NCBI GenBank assembly: GCA_031459915.1
Contig: JAVKHO010000001.1
Span: forward strand, 25,492-89,491
Length of the DNA: 64,000 nt
Direction of reading: 5' to 3'
Origin: Candidatus Tepidifontimicrobium thermophilum
GTDB lineage: Bacteria; Sysuimicrobiota; Sysuimicrobiia; Sysuimicrobiales; Sysuimicrobiaceae
The notes below the pieces were generated by a model. That model was not told the DNA's origin. It worked only from the letters and a program-made list of their open reading frames with translations, and did no database searches. The first letter of the stretch is position 1; each line of letters begins with the position of its first letter. Position numbers and translations under genes: made by a program. Of the stretch, positions 32,375-42,019 are shown one piece after another.

Positions 32375-32938
32375 GTGCGGGCCTGGCAGCGCCTTCTGGG
32401 GTTCCACCGAAGCGGGCGGGGACGCGCGGCAGGGCCCCTGCGGGTGTGGCTGTGGTGGGAGCGGCTCACCACGTGGTGGTGGCGCCTGCGGCCCGTCCGG
32501 GCGGGGGGCCTGCTCCTGTACTCGGTGCACCGGTGGAAGGGCCCCACCGTCCGGCTGCGCGAGGGGACCGTGGTGCGCCGCGGGGACCGGGTGGTCGAGC
32601 TGCACCTGCGCAACTCCGCTTTCCCCGAGCGTGCCACGGACTCCCCCTGGCCCCACCTGGCCGCGCTGCGGGAAGACCTCGCCTCCCTCCGCCAGCTCCT
32701 GATCCGGGACGGTGCCGTGGCCGCCCACGGTGTGACCCTCTTCGGGGAAGCCGCCCGCCGGCTGGGGTTCGAGGTCCGGCCCCTCCCCCGCACCTTTTGG
32801 TGGCACCTGGTGCGGTTCTTCCTGTGGGGCCTGCGGGCCGTCTACCACCCCGGCGGCAGGGGGCACAAGCCACCCCCGTGGCCCGCGGAGGTGTGGCTAC
32901 CCGTTGATACCCTACAGGGTAGGGTAAACGACCGATGA
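32375..32938 (+). CDS. YkoP-like protein
   Basis: 187 aa. The segment HRWKGPTVRLREGTVVRRGDRVVELHLRN resembles the Bacillus YkoP family core. This is recalled from memory and not verified. Confidence 0.4.
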   Translation: MRAWQRLLGFHRSGRGRAAGPLRVWLWWERLTTWWWRLRPVRAGGLLLYSVHRWKGPTVRLREGTVVRRGDRVVELHLRNSAFPERATDSPWPHLAALREDLASLRQLLIRDGAVAAHGVTLFGEAARRLGFEVRPLPRTFWWHLVRFFLWGLRAVYHPGGRGHKPPPWPAEVWLPVDTLQGRVNDR

Positions 32939-33013
32939 CCGCCCTCGGGCCGCCGTCGGATGGTCCGCGGCTCCGCGGTCCGCTACGCTCCAGGAGGAAA
33001 GGAGGCGAGCGCG

Positions 33014-34168
33014 ATGCACCGCGTGGTGATCCTGGGAGGAGGGAGTGGCGGCGTGGTGGCGGCCAAGCGGCTGGGGGAGTGGTCCCGGCCCGGCGAGGTG
33101 GAGGTGGTCCTGGTGGACCGGAGCCCCTGGCACGAGTACCGGCCCAGCTACCTGTGGGTGATGACGGGCAAGCGCGAGCCTGACGAGGTCCGGCGCCCGC
33201 TGAAGCTTCTGGAGGCGCGGTACGGCACGAGGGTGGTGCGGGCCACCGTCACCCGCATCGACCCGGAGGCCCGGCGGGTGGACACGGACGCGGGCTCGCT
33301 GGACTACGACTTCCTGATCGTGGCTCTGGGCGCCCTGCTGCGGCAGGATCCCCGCACGGAGGGCTTCGAGGGGCCGTGGGAGCTGGAGCACGCGGTGCGG
33401 TTGCGGGAAGCGCTGAGGGAGTTCCGAGGTGGGCACGTGGTGGTGGGCCCCGTGGAGTGGCCCTACCGCTGTCCGCCCGCGCCCTTCGAGGTGGCCTTCA
33501 TGATGCGCTACCTGGCAGACCAGCGCCACGTCTCCGAACGCACCCGCATCACGGTCTTCCACCCGTGGCAGGAGCCCATGGAGACCTTCGGCCCCCTCAT
33601 GGTGGAAGGGTTCCGGGCGTTTTTGCAGCAGTTCCGGGTAGAGTTCCAGGGCGGCTTCCAGCTGGCCTCCCACGACCCCGACTCGCGCGGGCTGCGTTCT
33701 GGGGACGGCCGCGCCCTGGAGTACGACCTGGCCATCCTGATCCCGCCCCACGCGCCCCCAGAGCCCGTCCGCAACTCGCCCCTGGCCGCTGCGGGCGGTT
33801 ACATGGACGTCGTCCTCCCCAGCATGGCCTCCCCGCGGTACCCGGAGGTGTACGGGATCGGCGACGTGGTAGCGCCCACCATCGGGCTCGGCATGGCCGG
33901 CGTCTTTGCCCACTTCCAGGCGGACCACGTGGTCACCCAGATCCTGGACCGGGTCCGGGGGGCCTACCTGGGCGAGCTGTACAACATGGTGGGCGTGTGC
34001 GTGATGGACACGGGCTACATGGGCGCCGCGGTGTGGTGCGACTTCACCGACAAACTCTACGGACGCGCCCCCTACCCCGACTGCCGCCTGCTGGGGGGGA
34101 TGCGGCTGTTCCGGTCCGTGAAGGTCGGGTTCGAGCGCCTGTGGTTTGCGAGCCTGTTCGGACGGTGA
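33014..34168 (+). CDS. NAD(P)/FAD-dependent oxidoreductase, sulfide:quinone oxidoreductase-like
   Basis: 384 aa from ATG 33014 (RBS GGAGG). The N-terminal Rossmann motif is VVILGGGSGG. It resembles the SQR/FCSD flavoprotein family. Confidence 0.7.
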   Translation: MHRVVILGGGSGGVVAAKRLGEWSRPGEVEVVLVDRSPWHEYRPSYLWVMTGKREPDEVRRPLKLLEARYGTRVVRATVTRIDPEARRVDTDAGSLDYDFLIVALGALLRQDPRTEGFEGPWELEHAVRLREALREFRGGHVVVGPVEWPYRCPPAPFEVAFMMRYLADQRHVSERTRITVFHPWQEPMETFGPLMVEGFRAFLQQFRVEFQGGFQLASHDPDSRGLRSGDGRALEYDLAILIPPHAPPEPVRNSPLAAAGGYMDVVLPSMASPRYPEVYGIGDVVAPTIGLGMAGVFAHFQADHVVTQILDRVRGAYLGELYNMVGVCVMDTGYMGAAVWCDFTDKLYGRAPYPDCRLLGGMRLFRSVKVGFERLWFASLFGR

Positions 34169-34183
34169 GGAGGAGGGGACGCC

Positions 34184-34630
34184 GTGACCGAGGTGAGCGC
34201 ACGTCAACCGGACCGGGAGGCCATGGACCGGCTGCTGGCCAAGCTGGCCGAGCACGCGGACGCGGTGGAGCAGCTCCTGGACGTAGTGGGACGGCTGCAG
34301 CGCAGCGGTCTGCTGGCCGCCCTGGACGGCGTGCTGGCGGAGTTCGACGAGCAGTTCAGCGCCGCTACCCGTCCGGAGCTCATGACCCTGCTCGCCAACC
34401 TCATGATGCTCCTGGGCGCCCTGGGCCAGGTGCGGTACGAGCCCCTGTTCCGGCTGGCCCTGTACGCGGCTCAGGCCGCCAACGAGAAGCTGGCCCGGCC
34501 GCGTACCCGGCCTCTGAGCCTTGGGGAGGCCTGGCAGGTGCTCCGCAGCCCGGAGGTGGCGCAGGCGCTGGAGGTGCTGGTGGCTGCCCTGCGGGCCATG
34601 CGAGGGCCGCAGCAGGCGTCCCCCGCCTAG
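34184..34630 (+). CDS. DUF1641-like helical protein, commonly paired with SQR-type flavoproteins
   Basis: 148 aa helical protein immediately downstream of the SQR-like gene. GTG start with a GAGGAGGAGGGG RBS. The family assignment is from memory. Confidence 0.45.
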   Translation: MTEVSARQPDREAMDRLLAKLAEHADAVEQLLDVVGRLQRSGLLAALDGVLAEFDEQFSAATRPELMTLLANLMMLLGALGQVRYEPLFRLALYAAQAANEKLARPRTRPLSLGEAWQVLRSPEVAQALEVLVAALRAMRGPQQASPA

Positions 34631-34639
34631 GCCGCCGCG

Positions 34640-35131
34640 TCAGCGTGGGAGGATCTGGCCCCGGATCTCGCCGCCCGGGTGGGCGACGGTGTGCACGTTC
34701 ACGTACGCCTCGCCCACGCGGACGCGTTCCAGCAGCGCCGAAAGGGGTTGCCGGGCCAGGGGCCCGACCAGGCTGGCGGCGGTGATGACGCCAGAAGCCA
34801 GCTCGCCGTCGAACCGGCCGGGCCTGAGCTGCGGCGGCGGCGCGGACGGGTACAGCCACACCACCACGGGCCCGTTCTGCCCGGGCGGAGCCACGTGGAT
34901 GTGTGCCATCTGCACGTTCACCGCCCGCGACACTTCGAGCCGGTAGCGGATGCTGTTCCCGTCCGCCGCCACCTCGAACGTGGCCACCCCCAGCGCCGGG
35001 GTCGCCACCGTGGGGACCTGCTCCCTGCCCCACAGGTGCGCCACGAACACGTTGGCACCTTGCGCCCTGGCCGCGGCCGCAGTTCCCAGCAGCGCCGCCA
35101 GCACCGCTACCCGGACTGAGATCCGTCCCAT
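34640..35131 (-). CDS. secreted CHRD domain protein
   Basis: 163 aa from ATG 35129-35131 (RBS GGGAGG). It has a signal peptide and the CHRD signature AHIHVAPPGQNGPVVVWL. The 491-aa ORF call is an artefact. Confidence 0.75.
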   Translation of the reverse strand: MGRISVRVAVLAALLGTAAAARAQGANVFVAHLWGREQVPTVATPALGVATFEVAADGNSIRYRLEVSRAVNVQMAHIHVAPPGQNGPVVVWLYPSAPPPQLRPGRFDGELASGVITAASLVGPLARQPLSALLERVRVGEAYVNVHTVAHPGGEIRGQILPR

Positions 35132-35178
35132 GATGGCCTCCCACCGCTTCGCTACCCGTCCATGGTGGGAGGGCCCCT

Positions 35179-37479
35179 TCACGGACGTGTCACGGTTTGG
35201 CTCTCCCGGACGGCCCGCCAGATCCGCTCGGCCCGAAGGGGGGTGTCCAGGTGCCGGACCCCGAAGGGCCGCAAGGCGTCCAGCACCGCGTTCGCGAACG
35301 CCGGCGTGGCACCGATGGTCCCCGCCTCGCCCACGCCCTTGGCCCCCAGCGGGTTGGTGGGAGACGGCGTCACCGTCCGGTGCATCTCGACCGCGGGGGC
35401 GTGCGCCGCCCGCGGCACCGGATAGTCCGCCAGGGTCACCGTCAGGGGCTGGCCTGCCGCGTCGTACACCACCTCCTCCATCAGGGCCTGGCCCATCGCC
35501 TGCACGATCCCGCCCTGGATCTGACCTTCCACCAGGAGCGGGTTGACGACCACCCCGCAGTCGTCCACGCTCACGTACCGCAAGACCCGCACCTGTCCGG
35601 TCTCCGGGTCCACCTCCACCACGCACAGGTGCGCGCCGAAGGGAGCCGTGGCCTGCTCGACCACGAAGCTGCCCTCCTCGTCCAAGCCGGGGCTCAGCCC
35701 GCTGGGCAGCCGGTTGGCCTGATAGGCGGCCTCCGCCACCTCCTCCACGGTGACCGCGCGGTCCGAGCCTCGCACTGCCACCTTGCCGTCCCGCAGCTCG
35801 ACGTCCCTCGGGGAAGCCTCCAGCAGGTGGGCTGCCACCCGCAGCATCTTCCGCCGCACCTTCTCTGCGGCCCGCAGTACCGCGGAGCCGCCCACCACCA
35901 GGGTCCGGCTCCCCGCGGTCCCCATGCCGGAGGGGATCGCCAGGGTGTCCCCTGAGATCACGTGGACGCGGTCCGGCGGGATCCCCAGCCGGTCCGCCAC
36001 GATCTGCGCGAACCCCGTAGCCCCCCCTTGCCCGTGGGGCGAGGTCCCGGTGAGCACCACCGCGCTCCCGTCCGGTGCCACGCGCACGCGGGCCGTCTCC
36101 CACCCGTAGGTGCACACCTCCACGTAGCAGGACAGCCCGATCCCCAAATAGCGGCCCCGCGCCCGTTCCTCCGCCTGCCGGCGGCGCAGCTCCGCGTACC
36201 CCGCGCGGTCCAGCAGTACCCGCAACGCCCTCCGGTAGTCCCCTGTGTCGTACCGCGCGCCGGTGGGCGCCTTGTACGGGAACGCGCTTTTGGGCAGCAG
36301 GTTGCGGCGCCGCACCACGGCCGGGTCCAGTCCCAGCTCCGCGGCTACCAGGTCCATCAGTCGTTCGAGATAGAAGGTGGCCTCAGGCCGCCCGGCGCCC
36401 CGGTACGCGCCCGTGGGCGTCTTGTGCGTGTATACCTCCACGACCTCCGCCTGCACGTGCTCGATGGCGTACGGGCCGGTGAGCACCCGCACCGTCAGGG
36501 CCGGGATGTCCACGGTGGTCGACAGGGTGTAGGCACCGATGTCCGCCAACAGGTGCGCCCGGAGGGCCAGCACCCTGCCCCGGGCGTCGCAGGCCACCTC
36601 GAAGCGGCCGGTCTGGGACCGGCCCTGGGCGGTGGCCAGCAGGTTCTCCCTGCGGGTCTCCACCCACTTCACAGGCCGACGGAGCCGCCGGCTCAGGTAC
36701 GCCACCAACACCTCCTCGGGATACGTGTTCAGCTTCGCGCCGAACCCTCCGCCCACGTCCGGTGCCACCACGCGGATCTGGTTGAGCCGCAGGCCCAGGA
36801 CGTCGGCCAGCGCATCCCTCAGGTCGTGGGGGACCTGTGTGGACGACCACACGGTCAGCAGTCCCCGCGCCCCGTCCCACGAGGCCAGCACCGCGCGAGG
36901 CTCCAGGGGGATGGCGGCCACCCGCTGCTGGCGGATCGTGGCCTGCACCACCCGGTGGGCCCGCGCCAAAGCCCCGTCCGGGTCACCGGCCCGCACCTGG
37001 CGACGGTAGGCCACGTTCGTGTGCAGCTCAGGGTGCACCAGCACCCGACCTTCCAGCGCCTGCGCGGGGTCCGTGACCGCCTCCAGCGGCTCGTAGCTCA
37101 CCTCCACCGCCGCCGCGGCGTCCTCCGCCTGAGCGCGGGTGGTAGCCACCACCGCCGCAACCGGTTCCCCCACGTACCGCACCGTCCCGCGGGCCAGGAC
37201 CGGGTGCAGGGCCAGCTTGGCGCCCCGCAGGCCCTCGGCGGGGACCCCCGGTAGGTCCACGTCTTCCCCGGTGAGGACTTCCACCACCCCGGCGACCCTC
37301 TCCGCACTTCGCGTGTCGACGGTGACCACCCGGGCGTGGGCGTGGGGGCTGCGGACCAGCGCCACGTGCAGCGTGCCGTCCAACGCCACGTCTTCCACGA
37401 ACGCGCCGCGCCCCTGAAGCAGCTTGGGGTCCTCCACGCGGCGGAGCCGTCGTCCCATCCACTGCGTGCCCTCAGCCAT
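35179..37479 (-). CDS. molybdopterin-dependent hydroxylase large subunit, form II CoxL-like (xanthine dehydrogenase/aldehyde oxidase family)
   Basis: 766 aa. It has the AYRGAGR active-site loop typical of form II CODH-like enzymes. No adjacent medium (FAD) or small (2Fe-2S) subunit genes are present. Confidence 0.85.
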   Translation of the reverse strand: MAEGTQWMGRRLRRVEDPKLLQGRGAFVEDVALDGTLHVALVRSPHAHARVVTVDTRSAERVAGVVEVLTGEDVDLPGVPAEGLRGAKLALHPVLARGTVRYVGEPVAAVVATTRAQAEDAAAAVEVSYEPLEAVTDPAQALEGRVLVHPELHTNVAYRRQVRAGDPDGALARAHRVVQATIRQQRVAAIPLEPRAVLASWDGARGLLTVWSSTQVPHDLRDALADVLGLRLNQIRVVAPDVGGGFGAKLNTYPEEVLVAYLSRRLRRPVKWVETRRENLLATAQGRSQTGRFEVACDARGRVLALRAHLLADIGAYTLSTTVDIPALTVRVLTGPYAIEHVQAEVVEVYTHKTPTGAYRGAGRPEATFYLERLMDLVAAELGLDPAVVRRRNLLPKSAFPYKAPTGARYDTGDYRRALRVLLDRAGYAELRRRQAEERARGRYLGIGLSCYVEVCTYGWETARVRVAPDGSAVVLTGTSPHGQGGATGFAQIVADRLGIPPDRVHVISGDTLAIPSGMGTAGSRTLVVGGSAVLRAAEKVRRKMLRVAAHLLEASPRDVELRDGKVAVRGSDRAVTVEEVAEAAYQANRLPSGLSPGLDEEGSFVVEQATAPFGAHLCVVEVDPETGQVRVLRYVSVDDCGVVVNPLLVEGQIQGGIVQAMGQALMEEVVYDAAGQPLTVTLADYPVPRAAHAPAVEMHRTVTPSPTNPLGAKGVGEAGTIGATPAFANAVLDALRPFGVRHLDTPLRAERIWRAVRESQTVTRP

Positions 37480-37549
37480 CCGCGACCTCCAACAGGCGTT
37501 CGGAGTCTATTCTACCGGCTTCGGGGGTAAACAGGATTGCGGAGCGACG

Positions 37550-38242
37550 GTGACGGTCAGTCCGGGAAAAGGGACCTTCGGAGTCCGAACTGTGGTCGCA
37601 CGGGGGGACCGGTCTAGCTCTCGAAGCCGGCTCGGCGTGGCGCTGTGGGCCACCGCGGCCCTGGTGCTGGTCGCAGGGCTGTGGGCCTCCGCCAGGCCCG
37701 GTCCGCCCACGAAGCCCCCCGCGGTCGTGGGCCAGCACGTGCCCCCTCAGACCCGGCCCACCGTCGCGCCACCCGCCCTCACGGAGCCCGCTCTCGCACG
37801 GGCCTACTGGGTCCGGCTCGGCCCCGTCGCGGACCTGCAGCAGCTGGGTAACCTGGCGGACCGGGTGCTGGAACGCCACGGGGTCGTCGGGCGCGTGCAG
37901 ACGGAGTGGACCGTGCGGTCGTTCCGCGTCACCTCCGCGGCCCTTCGGGCCCGCAGGGCCGCAGAGGAACGCTGCAGGCTGCTGGCGGCGGTAGGGCTTC
38001 CGTGCGACGTGCGGGCGCAGCCGGACGGCAGCTACCTCCTCGACTTCGGCGAGTTCCGGGACGGAGCCGCTGCGCAGCGAACGGCACGGGCGGTGCGGGC
38101 CCGCGGCTACAGCGCCGTGGTGCACCCTGTGAGGACCCCTTCCTACGCGGTGGTCGTGGGACCGTTGGACGAGCGGGCCGCCCTCGCCTTCGCCCGGACC
38201 CTGCACGAAGGCGGCGTCCCGTTCTCCCTCACCCGCCGGTGA
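37550..38242 (+). CDS. membrane-anchored SPOR domain protein
   Basis: GTG start at 37550 (GGAG upstream), one TM segment, a Pro-rich linker, and a C-terminal SPOR-like repeat pattern (YWVRLGPVADLQQLGNLADRV, YAVVVGPLDE). Confidence 0.55.
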   Translation: MTVSPGKGTFGVRTVVARGDRSSSRSRLGVALWATAALVLVAGLWASARPGPPTKPPAVVGQHVPPQTRPTVAPPALTEPALARAYWVRLGPVADLQQLGNLADRVLERHGVVGRVQTEWTVRSFRVTSAALRARRAAEERCRLLAAVGLPCDVRAQPDGSYLLDFGEFRDGAAAQRTARAVRARGYSAVVHPVRTPSYAVVVGPLDERAALAFARTLHEGGVPFSLTRR

Positions 38243-38279
38243 AGGTCGTGCCGCTGAGATCCGCCGCCGCGCTACACTG

Positions 38280-39245
38280 GTGGCCGTGAGCAGCAGGCCC
38301 TCGTGGTGGAAACGTCTGGAGCAGTGGCGTCAGGCCCTCCAGCAGTCCCTTCCACCTGCGGCCAGCCCAGACCCCGGTACGTCCGCTGAGGGACCGGCCG
38401 TGCCCAGCGCCCTCGTGGTGGGCAACTCCGTGCCCCCGTGGCTTGCGGACGGCCTCGGCTCAGGCTGCCGCGCAGAAGCGGCACCGCTTGCGGACGCCCT
38501 GGAGCTGCTGCGCACGGACCACTACGACCTGATCGTTCTCGACACGGAGTCCTGCGGCCGCCCCGCGCCCGACGCGGTACGCGCGCTCCGGGCGTACCGC
38601 CAGACCCCCATCCTGCTGCTGGCACCCCGCGCGCTGCGGGAGACGGTGGCCCTCGCCCTGGACGCGGGGGCCGACGAGTTCCTCTTCAACGACGGCCCGC
38701 CGAGCCGGGAGCTGGTGCGTCACGCGGTGGAGCACGCACTACTGCGCCGGAGCCTGCGCGAGCTGGCAGAGACCGATGTGGACCCCACGACGGGCCTCCT
38801 CAGCCCCGCGGCTTTCCGGAGGCTGTACGAGGAACGCAGGGCCCGCAGCCGTCTGTTCGGAGAGCGGTTCACGGTGCTGGTGGTGCAGGTGCTGGACGTC
38901 CCCCGGGTGCAGGCAGCGTACGGTGCTGAGGCGCTGGAGGGGATGCTGCAGCACGCGGCGGGCGCGCTGCGCGGAGCGGTCCGCAGCACCGACGCGGTGG
39001 CCCACCTGGGCCACGGAATCCTGGCGGCGCTGCTGGACAACGGGGACCGGCAGCGGGTGCAGTCCATCACCGACCGCATCCACGCCGAGGCACAACACTA
39101 CCGGCCCGTCCGCTACCCCGGTCTGCTGCTCCGGCTGCGGACCGCCCACGCCACCCTGGAGAACGGCGCGGACGCCCTCGGGCAAGCCACCCGCACCCTG
39201 TCCGCGGCGTCTGAGCCAGGCCCCGCGCCTAGCGCCGGCGGCTGA
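38280..39245 (+). CDS. response-regulator receiver plus degenerate GGDEF domain protein (GGDEF replaced by GHGIL, RxxD I-site retained)
   Basis: REC motifs are present (DLIVLD). In the C-terminal GGDEF fold, the segment VRSTDAVAHLGHGILAALL shows an RxxD motif 5 residues before the degenerate active-site loop. GTG start. Confidence 0.75.
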   Translation: MAVSSRPSWWKRLEQWRQALQQSLPPAASPDPGTSAEGPAVPSALVVGNSVPPWLADGLGSGCRAEAAPLADALELLRTDHYDLIVLDTESCGRPAPDAVRALRAYRQTPILLLAPRALRETVALALDAGADEFLFNDGPPSRELVRHAVEHALLRRSLRELAETDVDPTTGLLSPAAFRRLYEERRARSRLFGERFTVLVVQVLDVPRVQAAYGAEALEGMLQHAAGALRGAVRSTDAVAHLGHGILAALLDNGDRQRVQSITDRIHAEAQHYRPVRYPGLLLRLRTAHATLENGADALGQATRTLSAASEPGPAPSAGG

Positions 39246-41184
39246 TGGCCGCTACCGCCCCCGGGTTCTCCAGGGCGCTCAGGTCCCCCGGGTCCTGCCC
39301 GAGGTAGGCGGCCCGGATCACCCGCCGCATGATCTTGGCGTTGCGGGTCTTCGGCAGGTCGGGGACGAACTCCACCACCTCGGGCCGCAAAGCCCTGCCC
39401 AACCGCTGCGCCACCAGGTCCTGAAGCTCCTGCGCCAGCAGCTCGCTGGGCTGGTGGCCCGGCTTGAGCACCACGAAGCAGGCCACCGCCTCCCCCTTGA
39501 CCTCGTGGGGGATGCCCACCGCCGCGGCCTCGCTCACCGCGGGGTGTGTGACCAGCGCGGACTCCACCTCCGCGGGCCCCACGCGTTTGCCCGCCACCTT
39601 CAGGGTGTCGTCCGAACGGCCCAGGATGTACCAGAAGCCTTCCTCATCCCGTGCCGCCCAGTCACCGTGCACCCACACCCCCGGCCACCGGGACCAATAG
39701 GTCTCCAGGTAGCGCTGGGGATCCTTCCAGAACCCCTTGGTCATACCGGGCCAGGGTCTGGTGACCACCAGCTCGCCCACCTCGCCCGGCCGGGCGGGCC
39801 TGCCCTCCGCGTCGTACACGTCCGCGGCCATCCCCAGGCACGGCCCCGCGAACGAGCACGGCTTGCAGGGGTGGACCACGGTGCCGCAGACGATCCCGCC
39901 CGAGACCTCCGTGCCTCCCGAGTAGTTCACGATGGGGCACCGCCCCCGGCCCACGTGCCGGAAGTACCAGAGGTAGGGGTCCGGGTTCCACGGCTCGCCC
40001 GTGGAACCCAGCACCCGCAGGCTGTCCAGCCGGTAGCGGGCGGGCCAGTCCTCCCCGTGCCGCATGAGGGCACGGACCGCGGTGGGCGCGATCCCGAACA
40101 CCGTGATCCCGTATCGGTCCACCAGCTCCCACAGACGCCCGGGGTGGGGGTGGTCCGGCACGCCCTCGTACAGAACCATGCTGGCACCCAGGCTGAGCAC
40201 GCCTAAGACCAGCCACGGTCCCATCATCCAGCCCATGTCGGTGAGCCAGAACACCACGTCTCCGGGCTGCACGTCGAAGTGGAATGCCATGTCACAGCTG
40301 CCCTTGATGGGGAACCCCGCGTGCACGTGCACCGTCCCCTTCGGGCGCCCGGTGGTCCCCGATGTGTAGATGATCATGAAGGGGTCCATGGAACCCATGG
40401 GCTCTGTAGGAGCCTCGGGGGGCTGGCCGGCGGTGGCCTCGTGCCACCACACGTCCCGTCCGGCTTGCCACCCGTCCGTCCGGCCCACCCGGCGGACCAC
40501 CAGGAGGTGCTCCACGCTCGGCGACTCACGCGCCGCCTCGTCCGCCTGCCGCCACAGGGGGACCACCTGCCCCCGGCGGTAGAACCCGTCCGCGGTGATG
40601 ATGACCTTCGCCTCGCAGTCCCGAACCCGCGTGGCCACCGCCTCCGGGGCGAACCCGGAAAACACCGGCGTCACTACCGCGCCCACCTTCGCGCACGCCA
40701 GCAGCGCTACCGCCACCTCGGGAACCATCGGGAGGTAGAGGGCCACGCGGTCGCCCCGTCCCACCCCAAGCTGCCCCAGCGCGGAAGCGGCCCGGGATAC
40801 CTCCGCGTCCAGCTCCGCGTACGTGAGGCACCGCTGCGCCCCGTCCTCCCCCTCCCACCACAGCGCCACCCGGGACGCTGCCGGCGTGCCCCGGTACTTC
40901 TCCACTGCGTTGTGGACCAGATTCAGCTCACCCCCGCAGAACCACTCCGTCCACTCGATCCCCCGGCGGTCGTCGTACACCTGGTCATAGGGCCGGTACC
41001 ACCGGACGTCCATCTCCTCCAGCGCCGCCGGCCAGAACCAGACCGGTTCCTCCACCGACTTCCGGTACAGTTCGTCGTAGGAAGGCAGGCGGTGCCGCCG
41101 CATGAACCGGAAGATCCGGCTGCGCTCCACCACCTCCGGGCTCGGACGCCACACCACCTCGCCGCCCAGCACCGTCGTCTCCAT
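39229..41184 (-). CDS. acs: acetyl-CoA synthetase (AMP-forming)
   Basis: 651 aa from ATG 41182-41184. The AMP-binding motif is YTSGTTGRPKG, and the protein matches the Acs family in length and C-terminal lysine region. Confidence 0.9.
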   Translation of the reverse strand: METTVLGGEVVWRPSPEVVERSRIFRFMRRHRLPSYDELYRKSVEEPVWFWPAALEEMDVRWYRPYDQVYDDRRGIEWTEWFCGGELNLVHNAVEKYRGTPAASRVALWWEGEDGAQRCLTYAELDAEVSRAASALGQLGVGRGDRVALYLPMVPEVAVALLACAKVGAVVTPVFSGFAPEAVATRVRDCEAKVIITADGFYRRGQVVPLWRQADEAARESPSVEHLLVVRRVGRTDGWQAGRDVWWHEATAGQPPEAPTEPMGSMDPFMIIYTSGTTGRPKGTVHVHAGFPIKGSCDMAFHFDVQPGDVVFWLTDMGWMMGPWLVLGVLSLGASMVLYEGVPDHPHPGRLWELVDRYGITVFGIAPTAVRALMRHGEDWPARYRLDSLRVLGSTGEPWNPDPYLWYFRHVGRGRCPIVNYSGGTEVSGGIVCGTVVHPCKPCSFAGPCLGMAADVYDAEGRPARPGEVGELVVTRPWPGMTKGFWKDPQRYLETYWSRWPGVWVHGDWAARDEEGFWYILGRSDDTLKVAGKRVGPAEVESALVTHPAVSEAAAVGIPHEVKGEAVACFVVLKPGHQPSELLAQELQDLVAQRLGRALRPEVVEFVPDLPKTRNAKIMRRVIRAAYLGQDPGDLSALENPGAVAAISRRR

Positions 41185-41275
41185 GCGCAACACCCCCGAT
41201 CCCAGGTTTTGCCGCCGCGGGCTCCCCTTCCTCCGCCCTTGACCCCGAAGCCCGGGCGAGCGCTATGCTCGCCGC

Positions 41276-42019
41276 GTGGAGCGTACGATCCCTGCTCCTG
41301 TGGAGCGGGCCCTCGCGGCGCTGGAAGCCGAGGTGGTAGCCTGCCGCCGGTGCCCCCGCCTGGTGGCCTACCGTGAGCAGGTGGCCCGGGAGAAGAAGCG
41401 GGAGTACCGGGACTGGGCGTACTGGGGCAGGCCGGTGCCGGGCTTCGGAGACCCGCAGGCCCGGGTGCTGGTGGTGGGCCTCGCGCCCGCGGCCCACGGG
41501 GCCAACCGCACCGGCCGCATGTTCACCGGGGACCTGCCCAACGGAGCGTCCGTGTGGCTGGTCCGCACCTTGTACCGGACGGGCTTCGCCAACCAGCCCA
41601 CCAGTCTGCACCGGGACGACGGGCTGCGCCTGCACGACGCGTACGTCACCGCCGCGGTCCGGTGCGCGCCTCCGCAGAACCGCCCCACGCCGGCGGAGCT
41701 GGAAAACTGCCTGCCGTTTCTGGTGCGGGAGCTCGTAACCCTGCCACGGGTGCGGGTGGTGGTGGCGCTGGGGGCTGTGGCGTTCCAGGCAGTCCTCAAG
41801 ACGTTCGCACACCTGGGGGTGCAGCTGCCGCGCCCCAGGCCGCCGTTCGTGCACGGAACGGTGTACCGGTTCGCAGGGACCGTGGCCGGACGGCCGGTGC
41901 CGGCCGTGCTCTGCACGTACCACCCCAGCCGCCAGAACACGCAGACGGGCAAGCTCACCGCGCGCATGCTGGAGGCGGTGTTCCGGAAGGCCAGGCGGCT
42001 GGCGGAGGAGGACCGGTGA
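41276..42019 (+). CDS. uracil-DNA glycosylase, family 5 (UdgB)-like
   Basis: The motif GLAPAAHGANRTGRMFTGD is the family-5 variant of the UDG motif A. The CRRCPRL iron-sulfur ligands are also present. Confidence 0.8.
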   Translation: MERTIPAPVERALAALEAEVVACRRCPRLVAYREQVAREKKREYRDWAYWGRPVPGFGDPQARVLVVGLAPAAHGANRTGRMFTGDLPNGASVWLVRTLYRTGFANQPTSLHRDDGLRLHDAYVTAAVRCAPPQNRPTPAELENCLPFLVRELVTLPRVRVVVALGAVAFQAVLKTFAHLGVQLPRPRPPFVHGTVYRFAGTVAGRPVPAVLCTYHPSRQNTQTGKLTARMLEAVFRKARRLAEEDR

